From Chiloscyllium plagiosum (Eukaryota): a DNA stretch of 20,000 nt. The notes beneath the pieces are model-generated. The model did no database searches, was not told the origin of the DNA, and was given only the letters and a program-made list of their open reading frames with translations. Shown in pieces: positions 9,357 through 19,483 of this stretch. The stretch lies in NCBI RefSeq assembly GCF_004010195.1, contig NC_057711.1, positions 72,061,730-72,081,729 on the forward strand, read 5' to 3'. Position 1 is the stretch's first letter. Each line of letters begins with the position of its first letter. The translations under genes and the position numbers were made by a program.

Positions 9357-10087
9357 ATAGAGTCATAGAGTCATAGAGATATACAGCATGCAAACAGACC
9401 CTTCGGTCCAACCCATTCATGCCGACTAGATATCCCAATCCAATCTAGTCCCAACTGCCAACACCCAGCCCATATCCCTCCAAACCCTTCCTATTCATAT
9501 ACCTGTCCAAATGCCTCTTAAATGTTGCAATTGTACAAGTCTCCACCACTTCCTCTGGCAGCTCATTCCATGCGTGAAAAAGTTGTCCCGTAGGTCTCTT
9601 TTATACCTTTCCCCTCTCACTCTAAACCTATGCCCTCTAGTTCTGGACTCCCCGATCCCAGGGAAAAGACTTTGTCTATTTACCCAATCCATGCTCCTCA
9701 TAATTTTGTAAACATCTATAAGGTCACCCCTCAGCATCCGATGCTCCAGGGAAAACAGCCCCAGCCTGTTCAGCCTCTCCTTAAAGCTCAAATCCTTCAA
9801 CCCTGGCAACATCCTTGTATATCTTTTCTGAACCCATTCAAGTTTCACAACATCTTTCAATTAGGAAGGAGACCAGAATTGCATGCAATATTCCAACAGT
9901 GGCCTAACCCAATGTCCTGCAACATGACCTCCCAACTCCTGTACTCAATATTCTGAACAATAAAAGAAAGCCTACCAAACGCCTTCTTCACTATCCTATC
10001 TACCTGTGACTCCACTTTCAAGGAGTTATGAACCTGCACTCCAAGGTCTCTTTGTTCAGCAACACACCCTCGGACCTTACCATTAAG
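9357..10087 (-). mobile_element. CR1 LINE (HER1-like) 5'-truncated 3' end
   Basis: ORF2 C-terminal peptides QRDLGVQVHNSLKVESQVDRIVKKAFG and DVVKLEWVQKRYTRMLPGLKDLSFKERLNRLGLFSLEHRMLRGDLIDVYKIM. Octamer tail (atagagtc)n at 9357-9380. Possible 5-bp TSD agttt. Confidence 0.92.
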
Positions 10088-10546
10088 TTTGAGGGAGTGT
10101 GAACTGTCTTTGGATTTAAGTTTTTGCACATTCAGATCCAATTATTCAAACATTTAAGGAACATGAATATATATTCAACCTGATAAGATCCCAACTAACA
10201 CTAAGTGCATAGCAATATATTTAAACCATCTAGAGTCACAAAGTATAGGTACATACACACAGCAAGAATTGAGCATGGACACCCAAACCATTAACACATG
10301 GATGCTATGCAAAAAACCTTATGTTTTGTTTTGCTTGTCAAAATCATCAAACCTCTCAATAACCCTCAGGAATTGATACCTTCCCTTCCTAAACCAAAAA
10401 ATAAACCAAAGAAATTGGACAGAACTTTTAACAGTCAAATTTCTGAATCATTATTAATGATACAGTGGATAAAACCATGGCATTGTACAGCACTGGGCAA
10501 GGTTTTTATATTTCATGCAACTGTGTTGAATTAAGCAATCTTAAAA

Positions 10547-10669
10547 GGGGTCCTCTTGTACGCAGAGGTAGTGTCCCTACCCCTGGACCAATAGGCTTGT
10601 GTTCAAATCCCAATTTCTCCAGAGGTGCGTAATAACATCTCTGAACAGGTTGATTCGAAAAAAACTATG
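10547..10669 (+). mobile_element. Very short (~115 bp) tRNA-derived SINE
   Basis: A-box-like gtacgcagaggtag, B box gttcaaatccc, tail aataacatctctgaacaggttgattcgaaaaaaa. Flanked by ttaagcaatcttaaa (10531-10545) and ttaagagatcttaaa (10670-10684), 13/15 identical. Confidence 0.7.
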
Positions 10670-12929
10670 TTAAGAGATCTTAAACGAGTTTGCATTTAGG
10701 GTATTGCAATTGGTCCTAGCCAAAATACTGGAAATAGGTAGCATTAATTCATCCCCTTTCACAAAAATGTTATCCTGTCTTTTTCTTTCATATATGATAC
10801 ATTTCCTGTACTCAAGTGACAATCCTCAATTGACTGTCACTGGAGCTTCAGTGATTATCCGGCCCATCTCTTCTTCATTGTGTATGACAGTAATTCTTTC
10901 ATGATTCTATATCTTGAAAAGTTAGGATCCACTGCTTGTCATTTAATTTTTTATTATTTGTAGCTGAATTGCTGGGCTTATACTCATTATCTTAGAAAAA
11001 AATGTTTTTTTTTAAATAAATCTCAGGATGCAAGTGGTTTCTTAGTTATTATAGCTATTGTAACAGTATATAATCTAATTTAACATTGAACTATATAATA
11101 GCAACCATGCAATGATACACTGAATGATATATTCATAACTTCCAAATACTTTCTGTTCTATCTGACTTTATCTACCCAGATTTGTAATCTTGTTGCTCCC
11201 AGTAGTGACTTTCTTCTCCCATTGTCCTTCCTTTCTTACATGCTGTTACAGCTTTAATTTTTCTGATGCCATTCTCATCACCCAACTGTTTCAAAGCATG
11301 TAACCTCAACTGAGCAGGCTAATGTTGTGATCTAAGCACTGTCAACAAGTTACGCAGTCTGACCATGAACCTCTGGCCCTTTATTCATTTGATTACTAAC
11401 ATTTATTAATTGTGCTCACAGGTCAGTTCATGAGTAGAAAGAGAAAAAAAATTGAACACAGTCACTCATTGTTATCCTTCACAACCGAGTAAAAGGCCCA
11501 GGAGCCTTTCCAGCACAGTTGATGAAAGATTTTGGCGCTGACAGCATTTAGTAAAGGTGCAATAAAAGAGACTTGATGAGAAAAAGCTTTTAGTAGGAGT
11601 AGCTTCATCATATTGTCAGTAAACAGAAAACACCAGAACCATTACACTCAACATGACACAAAATAGAACAGAGGTCATAAGGGGAGAATAAGATCTTTAC
11701 AGCAGTAAAACAAACTGGTAAGAGTTAGAAAGAACTGCACAAATATGTAATAACAGACAAGATGGTAAAACCTAACTCATTGGAAACTAGTATATATGTA
11801 TGATTCTGACAATAATTCATGTTTCTCTGAAGACTATTCTAAATTGGGTTTATGTCCTGCTTATTCATTCAGCTATGTAATTTTCAAATATTTTGTACAC
11901 GTTTAGAACTTTTATACATTAGAGTTGCGTTGCACATTTGAAGCGAATCTGCCATTCCCCTTTCTTCTTTATTTCTTGGGATGCAAGCATCACTGATAAG
12001 GCCAGCATTAATTGCCAGTTGTCAATTGCCCTGAATGACATGCAACGGTAGTCAATTCAACTACATTGCTGTGGGCTTAGAGCCATATGTAAGCTTTCTC
12101 TAAAGTACATTATTTGATTTGATTTGTTTTATTACTGTCACATATACTGAGGTACAGTGAAAAGTGTTGACTTATGTGCTTTACAGACAAATTGTACAAT
12201 ACAGCAACATCAGGGTAACAGAACAGAGTGCAGCATACAATGTTACAGCTGTCAAGAAGGTGCTCAGAGAGAGCAATATTAACATTACGAGGTCCATTCA
12301 AAGGTCTGACAACAGCATGGGAGACGCTGTTCTCGAAACAGTTTGTACATGTATTCAAACTTTTATATCTCCTGCCTGATGGAAGTGGGTGGAAGAGAAT
12401 TTAATCAGGTTGGGAGGGAGCTTCAATTATGTTGGTTGCTTTCCCGATGCAGCAGGAAGTATAGATGAAGTCAATGGATGGAAGGCTGGTTTATGTGATG
12501 GATTGGGCTATGTTCACAACTCTCAGTAGTTTCTTGAGGTCTTGGGAAGAGCAGTTGCCATATGATTCTACGGAATCCAGCTTTCCCCAGCATTGTATCC
12601 TTTCCTGGCTTGGAAACTGCCAATTCCAGGACCGACAAAAACCTGGGCTAACCAGATTCCTGAACTCATCTGCCAAATGTATGCATCAGATTTTTCTTCC
12701 TGAACCTTGCTGCTGCTTTGTTAAAACTCTGTTGACCCTTCTGCAAACCAAAGTCGCCTAAACTACTGACCTTCAACACTACTTATTGAAGCTTGAAAGA
12801 TTTGAATGAAGAGGAAAGGAAAAGAGAAACATCCATATCAAAGGTGTGGCTGAGTAGTAAATTGATTACTTTTGCTTTTAGTTAGCCAACAGTATTTCAG
12901 GGTGATATCAATATCTGTCATCTTGTGTT

Positions 12930-13143
12930 ATTTACTTGGATTTAGTAAAGCCTTTGATAAAGTTCCATCTGGTAGACTAATTAGTAAAGTTAGATCATCA
13001 GGGATTCAGGGTGGAGCAGGTATAGTTACAACATTTAAAAGACATTTGGATGCATTCATAAATAGGAAAGGTTTGGAGAGATATGGGCCAGCATGGTCTG
13101 GTTGGACCAAAGAGTCTGTTTCCATGCTGTATGACTCCGTGAC
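12930..13143 (+). mobile_element. Internally deleted CR1 LINE fragment (RT piece fused to the 3' end)
   Basis: FSKAFDKVPSGRLISKVRSSGIQG is joined at ~13012 directly to AGIVTTFKRHLD and the CR1 tail ggaccaaagagtctgtttccatgctgtatgactcc. Confidence 0.8.
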
Positions 13144-13367
13144 ATGCTGCAAATCATCCAGATAGGATGCTTTCTCTGGTACATCTATAAAAATTTGTAA
13201 GAGTCTTTATGGACGTTATCAAATTTCTTTGGCCTCCTGAGGAAATAGAGGCATTGTGCTTTTTTGATCATACTGGCAACATGGGTGGACCAGGACAAAT
13301 TGTTGGTGATCATCACTCCCAGGAACTTGATATTGTTGATCATTCCCACCTCAGCACCATTGATGCA

Positions 13368-13602
13368 AAGTTAAAAATCATACAACACCAAGTTAGAGTT
13401 CATCAGGCTTATTTGGAAACACTAGCTTTCAGAGCGCTGTTCCTTCATCAGGTGGTTGCTGAGTATACTCCACAGCCACCTGATGAAGGAGCAGTTCTCC
13501 AAAGGTTAGTGCTTCCAAATAAACTTGTTGGACAAAACCTGGTGGTGCGTGATTTTTAACTTTGTACACCCCAGTCCAACACTGGTACCTCCAGTCATGA
13601 CT
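13368..13602. mobile_element. Older miniature palindromic Penelope-like insertion (third family)
   Basis: Imperfect spacerless palindrome 13367-13563 centred on gagta|tactc, a 39-nt tail at 13564-13602, and a 12-bp TSD accattgatgca at 13356-13367 and 13603-13614. Confidence 0.88.
13420..13454 (-). ncRNA. Minimal hammerhead motif (core intact, stem II weakened)
   Basis: Reverse strand CAC-CTGATGA-A-GGAAC-AGC-GCTCT-GAAAG-CTA-GTG with palindromic helix III agct and a CUA triplet. The mirror copy at ~13477-13511 (+) has a mutated GAAA. Confidence 0.7.
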
Positions 13603-14039
13603 ACCATTGATGCAGACAGGGTGTGCCCTCCACTCCACTTCCTGAAGTCAATGGCCAGCTCCTTGATTTTGCTCACATTGATGGAGAGATTGTTGTCATT
13701 ACACCTTGCTGCTAAGCTCTCTATCTCCTTCCCCTACTCCTGTCTCATCGTTGTTTGATATCTGACCTACAACAGTGGTGTCATCAGCAAACTTGTAATT
13801 GGAGTTGGTGTGGAATTTGGCCATACTATCATGTTCATGTAAAGAGAATAGTAGGGGCCTCAGTACACAGCCTTGCGAGGTACCAGTGATGACGATCATT
13901 CTGGAGGACGTGTTGTTACCTATCTTTACTGAATGAGGTCTGTTGGTCATGAAGTTGAGAATCCAGTTACATCCACTTACATTAGTGGACCAGATGGGCT
14001 TTTATAACAACAAAAAAAATGATAGTTGCCATTGAGGCT

Positions 14040-14260
14040 GAAGGATGGAATTCCCAAATGTCGAGTCGAATGGCAAGTACAAGCACCAATGGAAGTGCAG
14101 GATGCACAGGAAGTCCAATTTGGAGGAACACAGAATTATCACAAGGATATAAGTTTGCAGGATGTTACCGAGATTGGGAGGGATGAGACCAGAGAAGGTC
14201 ATTTGAATATGAGGTTCAGAACTTTGACATCAAGTCATTGCTGCAGCCAATGTAGGTCAA
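14040..14260 (-). mobile_element. Decayed L2 LINE 3' fragment
   Basis: ggaattcc..gcaccaatgg..ggatgcacaggaagtccaatttggaggaacacag..gccaatgtaggtca resembles the reverse of the L2 end at 17470-17875. Confidence 0.6.
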
Positions 14261-15624
14261 AAGAATTGTAGGCTCCACAATTATATATAGAGAAATACTT
14301 CCTGGGTACTAATTTACTCAAGGCAATTATTATTTATTGAAATTTCCATTGGTATGAATCAACTGAGTGCTAATATAAACATTTACATGCGTAGACAGAC
14401 ATTATAAGTAAATAGAAAATGTATTTGCATTTAGTTTGGAATTTGCTGGCAGATAGACTCACTTGAGTGCCTATAGAGACACTCTCTTAAAATATAACAT
14501 AGTGGAACCAAAATAAGCTAAAAAAAGGAATGGTACAGCTCAATTTAAAAGAATTTTATATCCATTTTGAATAAAATAGACCTGCAATTTGTTTCAAACC
14601 AAACTAAACAGTCATTTTCAGAGTGTCCAACACCCAATGAATTTTTTAAAAAACCTTTAACCTACGCTGACCTTTTCAGTCACACAAAATAAAAACAGAA
14701 GAAGCCTCAAATTGCCTAGGGCTTTTCACAAGGATTCTGAAAGGAGAATAGAGTGTGAAAAAGCAGAAGTATTATTAATATTTTCACTGCAGTCAGATGT
14801 CAAATATTACAAGCAGTCACGCAGACTATTTCTTTCTGAATGTCTGTGAGAGTTTTGAGTTGATAACAATGTTGGTAAATTAACAAATTGGGCCATGACA
14901 TAAGCTTCCACTGAGAAGGTCTTTCACAAACAAAAGTGATGTTTTCTCTGAAAACATTTCATTGTAAGCCATTCATCACTGCAAACGGCTTCTGGCAGTT
15001 TCCAGAGTGAGGATTTGGAGAAAGGGAACAGTGCGGCCTTTCCCTGTCACAAAGCCTGGTTTCCGATTATAAACTATTCACAATATAGAGAGCACTAAAT
15101 CCAGTATTTTTACAGCTGTAGTTTGCTACAACTCACTATTCATTTCATACAGTGCGAACCCATTCTACGGCATACAGTGTAGAACTGATGGCTGAGAAGG
15201 TCAAGCATGTGTTTTACTATTTTTTAAAATGTCTTTTTTATTAACTTTTACTGCCTTTCATCTGAATGTTAGATCCTTCCTTAAAACATCTGCTAAGGAA
15301 TACAGTTTCTGTCAAGCAATAAGTAGTGACAGCACTTTAAGAGAATATGCATGTCTTTTGCACGCTCTAGTCTGCACTGGAAGGAATTTCTTCCCCTCCC
15401 CCAGCTGGGCTATTTGTCAGTATATTCACATGTGTTAAATGGTCTGGGACCCCCTGATTTTCAGCAGCACAGTGCGATTGTAAACAACTCTTGTTGGATG
15501 TCTGGTCTCCTGGTCTGTGTTTCAGGGAGTTATAGGTCAACTCACAGATGTGTACATGAACCTGCTTTTGGATTAGTGGTGCTGGAAGAGCACAGCAGTT
15601 CAGGCAGCATCCAAGGAGCAGTAA

Positions 15625-15660
15625 AATCGACGTTTTGGGCAAAAGCCTTTCATCAGGAAT
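15625..15660 (-). ncRNA. Degenerate hammerhead motif in the PLE 3' end
   Basis: Reverse strand attc-CTGATGA-aaggc-tttt-gccc-aAAAC-GTC-gatt. GAAA is mutated to AAAA. Confidence 0.68.
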
Positions 15661-15892
15661 AAAGGCAGAGAGCCTGAAGCGTGGAGAGATAAGCTAGAGG
15701 AGGGTGGGGGTGGGGAGAAAGTAGCATAGAGTACAATAGGTGAGTGGGGGAGGGGATGAAGGTGATAGGTCAGGGAGGAGGGTGGAGTGGATAGGTGGAA
15801 AAGAAGATAGGCAGGTAGGGCAAGTCATGGGGACAGTGCTGAGCTGGAAGTTTGGAACTAGGGTGAGGTGGGGGAAGGGGAAATGAGGAAAC

Positions 15893-16141
15893 NNNNNNNN
15901 NNNNNNNNNNNNNNNNNNNNNNNNNNNNNNNNNNNNNNNNNNNNNNNNNNNNNNNNNNNNNNNNNNNNNNNNNNNNNNNNNNNNNNNNNNNNNNNNNNNN
16001 NNNNNNNNNNNNNNNNNNNNNNNNNNNNNNNNNNNNNNNNNNNNNNNNNNNNNNNNNNNNNNNNNNNNNNNNNNNNNNNNNNNNNNNNNNNNNNNNNNNN
16101 NNNNNNNNNNNNNNNNNNNNNNNNNNNNNNNNNNNNNNNNN
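15893..16141. other. Assembly gap (249 N)
   Basis: Run of N inside the PLE. Confidence 1.
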
Positions 16142-16904
16142 GAGATGCGTTGGAGGGCATCTTTGACCACGTGGGAAGGGAAATTGCGGTCTCTAAGGAA
16201 GGAGGCCATCTGGTGTGTTCTGTGGTGGAACTGGTCCTCCTGGGAGGAGATACGGTGGAGGCGGAGGAATTGGGAATACGGGATGGCATTTTTGCAAGAG
16301 GTAGGGTGGGAAGAGGTGTGTAATCCAGGTAGCTGTGGGAGTCGGTGGGTTTGTAGAAGATGTCAGTGTCAAGTCGGTCGTCACTGATGGAGATGGAGAG
16401 GTCCAGGAAGGGGAGGGAGGTGTCAGAGATGGTCCAGGTAAATTTAAGGTCAGGGTGGAATGTGTTGGTGAAGTTGATGAATTGCTCAACCTCCTCGTGG
16501 GAGCACGAGGTGGTGCCAATGCAGTCATCAATGTAGGGGAGGAAGAGGTGGGGAGTAGTGCCGGTGTAATTACGGAAGATGGACTGTTCTACGTAGCCAA
16601 CAAAGAGACAGGCATAGCTGGGGCCCATATGTGTGCCCATGGCTACCCCTTTGGTCTGGAGGAAATGGGTGGATTCGAAGGAGAAATTGTTAAGGGTGAG
16701 GACCAGTTCAGCCAAATGAATGAGAGTGTCAGTGGAAGGGTACTGTTGGGGACATCGGGAGAGGAAAAAACAGAGGGCTTGGAGGCCCTGGTCATGGCTG
16801 GTGGAGGTGTAGAGGGATTGGATATCCATGGTGAAGATGAGGCATTGGGGGCCGGGAAAACAGAAGTCTTGGAGGAGGTGGAGGGCGTGGGTGGTGTCTC
16901 GAAC
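16142..16904 (-). pseudogene. PLE reverse transcriptase fragment
   Basis: LIFTMDIQSLYT, FLQTKGVAMGTHMGPSYACLFVG, YIDD, SLPFLD and DIFYKPTDSHSYLDY, then a frameshift near 16315 into ..MASFLRDRNFPSHVVKDALQRI. Confidence 0.92.
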
Positions 16905-17469
16905 GTCTCGAACTTGCTTTTGCACATCCCAATGTTCCCCTTAATATCCTGAATGTCTTGTATTAAGAAGTTCCAGAAAGAACCTCTATCAGAGGGTCAG
17001 TTATGTGCAGGATGAAACACAATGAAAATCAGAAGCAAAAGGGAGAATGATGAAATAAAAGAACAGAAAGTTAGGCTATTAACTTTGATCAAAGTCTCTA
17101 TGACATTTGAAAATGACCAATAAGCAAAAAAAGAGGTGAAGGGATACAACAAATATACAATATTAAAAAGATGAAAGGTTCCTCCGCATTTTAAAAGCTG
17201 TTTTGTGGAAACTTTGGGCAAATACCTTTTATATACAGCAACAATCAACCACAAATTCCACTCACATGCAGGGTTTAAATTGAATTATTCAGGAGCTACA
17301 TTGACATTTAAGAAAATATTAGAGCATTTAAAAGTTCTTAAGAACGTGTAAGCCAATTTTTCAAAGGATCACAAAGCACACTTATGCACAGTGCTAAAAT
17401 GCTTTTATGGTAAATGGCCACTTATTTTCAAAAGCACTTAAATGAAAATTGCAAATCTTCAACTACTAC

Positions 17470-17875
17470 TTTCATTGACTGTCATGAAATTCCCCTGGAA
17501 AAATATTCTCAACTTTGTTATCAAATCTCTTCACAAATTCCAGCCCTCTCCATATCTGTATTAGCCTCCACTGTCACACTTTCGATGATACCTGCACTTC
17601 TTGGGTTTTATAAGAATCCCCGATATTAACCGCACCATCAGGACAATGCCTTTAGTTGTCTCCAAGTAAAGATCTGGAATACTTGCCCTACAACCGTCTG
17701 CTTGCTTCTCCATCTCACCTTCCACCTTTGCGACCTTCCTATGACCACATCCTTTGACTACATTTTTGGTAATCTAATCAAAGATCTCTTCACTTGACAC
17801 AGTGTCATATTTATTTTTACAATACCTCTATGGAGGTTGTATTATTTTAACGGCCCTGCATAAAAATGAAGCCAG
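17470..17875 (+). mobile_element. Decayed L2 LINE 3' end
   Basis: ccagccctctccatatctgt..atccccgatattaaccgcaccat..gcctttagttgtct..atctggaatacttgccct..cctttgac..tttggt..cataaaaatgaag follows the recalled L2 3' pattern. Confidence 0.62.
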
Positions 17876-18086
17876 AAAGCCACATGTAACCTGTTTTCTT
17901 TCCAAGAGATGATGATGGATATATTTTTCCTCCTCTGTAAGCAGTTTATGGAGTCACTTAGGAAACAACGAGTGCATGTTGTTTAGGCTTCTAGTAGTTT
18001 CTGATAAGCGCTTTGTGGGTAATTTGAATGGCAATCAGGTACAAGACTACTCACAAAGTAACAGCCATGCTCTTCCAGTGGTAGAT

Positions 18087-18205
18087 ATTTTCTAATCAGC
18101 TTGTTCATGGCACACTTTTTTTTATTTTATTACACACCTCTAGAACTTCAACCTGGGCCTCCTGGCTGAGAGATTGGAATGCTATGTTGCACCACAAGAG
18201 CCAAC
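18087..18205 (-). mobile_element. Short tRNA-derived SINE, same family as 10547-10669
   Basis: attttctaatcagcttgttca..ttattacacacctctag..aacctgggcctcctggctgagag..gcaccacaagagcc is the reverse complement of the 10547 element. Confidence 0.65.
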
Positions 18206-18929
18206 TTTGGTGAAAGTACCTGTTACTTAATTATTGAGCAGTTTAACCATTAAGGTCCCTTTTTCAATCTCTGATCCATGCTTCAGCTGGCTGATCTTTA
18301 CCAAAGACAAACAGATTTCTACAACTCACTACAGATTTTCCAAAGTTGAAGCAAAAGTAATCAGTCAGGGTATGCATGATTGACAACCACTTATTAATCT
18401 ATTTTGGAAGTTGACGTGGCTTGATTCCAAAACAGGAAAACCTGTGATGCTCCATAAGATCGGGTTACTTGCTGGAGCTTCTGTTAGCTTTGCACATTAA
18501 GAAGAATGACAGTGATGAGATATCTGAAAGATATTGACTTCCAACAAAGTATACAGCGTCATCAGTCACTTCCTTAAAGGAAAAATGGAGGGAAACTTAA
18601 GGGAAATAATTAATTTGGAAACCACCGTTTCAACTTTAACCCTATGTATTGAGCAGAAATCAGCCAGCTACTTAATGTTTGATCCTGATCAGTTCCAACA
18701 TTAATCTGAGGGCTTTACAGACAGATTAGGAACCCGACTGAAGCAAATTACAATTATTTTTTATTCTGTCATGACTTGTGAGTATTGCCAGTAAGGCCAG
18801 AATTTGCTGTCCATTGCGAAATGCCCTTCAACCAATGCCTTCTTGTATTGCTTGAATCAATTACGTATAGATGCACAGGAAAGGCTCTAAAGTGAGCTCC
18901 AGGTTTGTGATGTAATGGCAATGAAGGTA

Positions 18930-19483
18930 TGTATTGCAGAACCAGCCCAGACTAACTAATAATTGGGATGTGTTGCTGCTGACGATGACCCCTTCGACTA
19001 TAAGCACAAACATCCCTTGCCACCTTTCCCAGTCCTGAAGCCCATCCTCATCGGGGAAGCTCCTAGTTATTTTTAATTAACCTTTTCAGATTTGTTCTGC
19101 CATATCCCCAGGACATGTGGATTTGAACCCAGGCCTCCTTCGCTGAGAACTATGGATGCTACCACTGTGCCAGAAAATCTTACATCAATCTTGCCTCTAT
19201 ACTGGGTTTCAAGACTTGTTTTGTTAACAGTGACAGAGATCAATCACTAGTGATTTTAACAAGTAGCAAGAACGCTTGTCTTAATCACTATATATAATCT
19301 ATTGCAAGATAGTAATAAGTACAAGTAACACTAACTAGTTAGCGATCTTAACAAAGCCTCTCAGGAACCATGGATAACCGCACCAGGATCTTGAACTAAC
19401 CTACTCATTTTGTGATCAGGTTGAGTGGAGCTTAATGCAGTCTCTAACATTAACTCTTTCAAAATACAATGGTTACCTTCTCA
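18930..19483. mobile_element. Unclassified ~550-bp insertion with TG...CA ends (solo-LTR-like)
   Basis: It interrupts the LINE. It starts tgtattg and ends either at aataca (19463-19468, a 6-bp inverted terminus) or at ttctca (19483). No clear TSD. Confidence 0.45.
19070..19178 (-). mobile_element. Short tRNA-derived SINE, third copy, nested in the LTR-like insertion
   Basis: ttttaattaaccttttcaga..gtggatttgaacccaggcctcc..gctaccactgtgccag carries reverse-strand B and A boxes. Confidence 0.65.

Larger units (their letters stand above)
12113..13977 (-). mobile_element. Rex1/Babar-type LINE, 5'-truncated, with two nested insertions
   Basis: RT peptide [49 protein letters not shown] (13699-13950), tail (caaat)n at ~12113-12127, and 7-bp TSD tacatta at 12106-12112 and 13978-13984. 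Confidence 0.85.
11965..14030 (-). mobile_element. Meta-domain-like SINE split into ~11965-12112 and ~13978-14030 by the Rex LINE
   Basis: Reverse complement of the 333-666 family: ggccagcattaattgcc..acattgctgtggg..tctaaagtacatta on the left, tacattagtggaccagatggg on the right. Confidence 0.7.
15571..16909 (-). mobile_element. 5'-truncated Penelope-like retroelement (Neptune-like) with RT, 3' UTR and pLTR end
   Basis: RT frame, purine/pyrimidine-skewed 3' UTR, and a terminal segment 15571-15660 homologous to 8448-8540. TSD-like gaacctgcttttg (15558-15570) and gaacttgcttttg (16910-16922). Confidence 0.9.

Noticed and set aside
15858..16925. 355-aa RT ORF as an intact gene or a prokaryotic RT system (retron, DGR, group II intron)
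   Set aside because: The motifs and flanks are PLE-type. The ORF is 5'-truncated and frameshifted, takes its start from flanking DNA, and reads through Ns. The context is vertebrate repeats.
15868..16952. Plus-strand ORFs of 151, 80 and 205 aa and alternative minus frames
   Set aside because: These are shadow frames of the GC-rich RT sequence or are inflated by the N gap.
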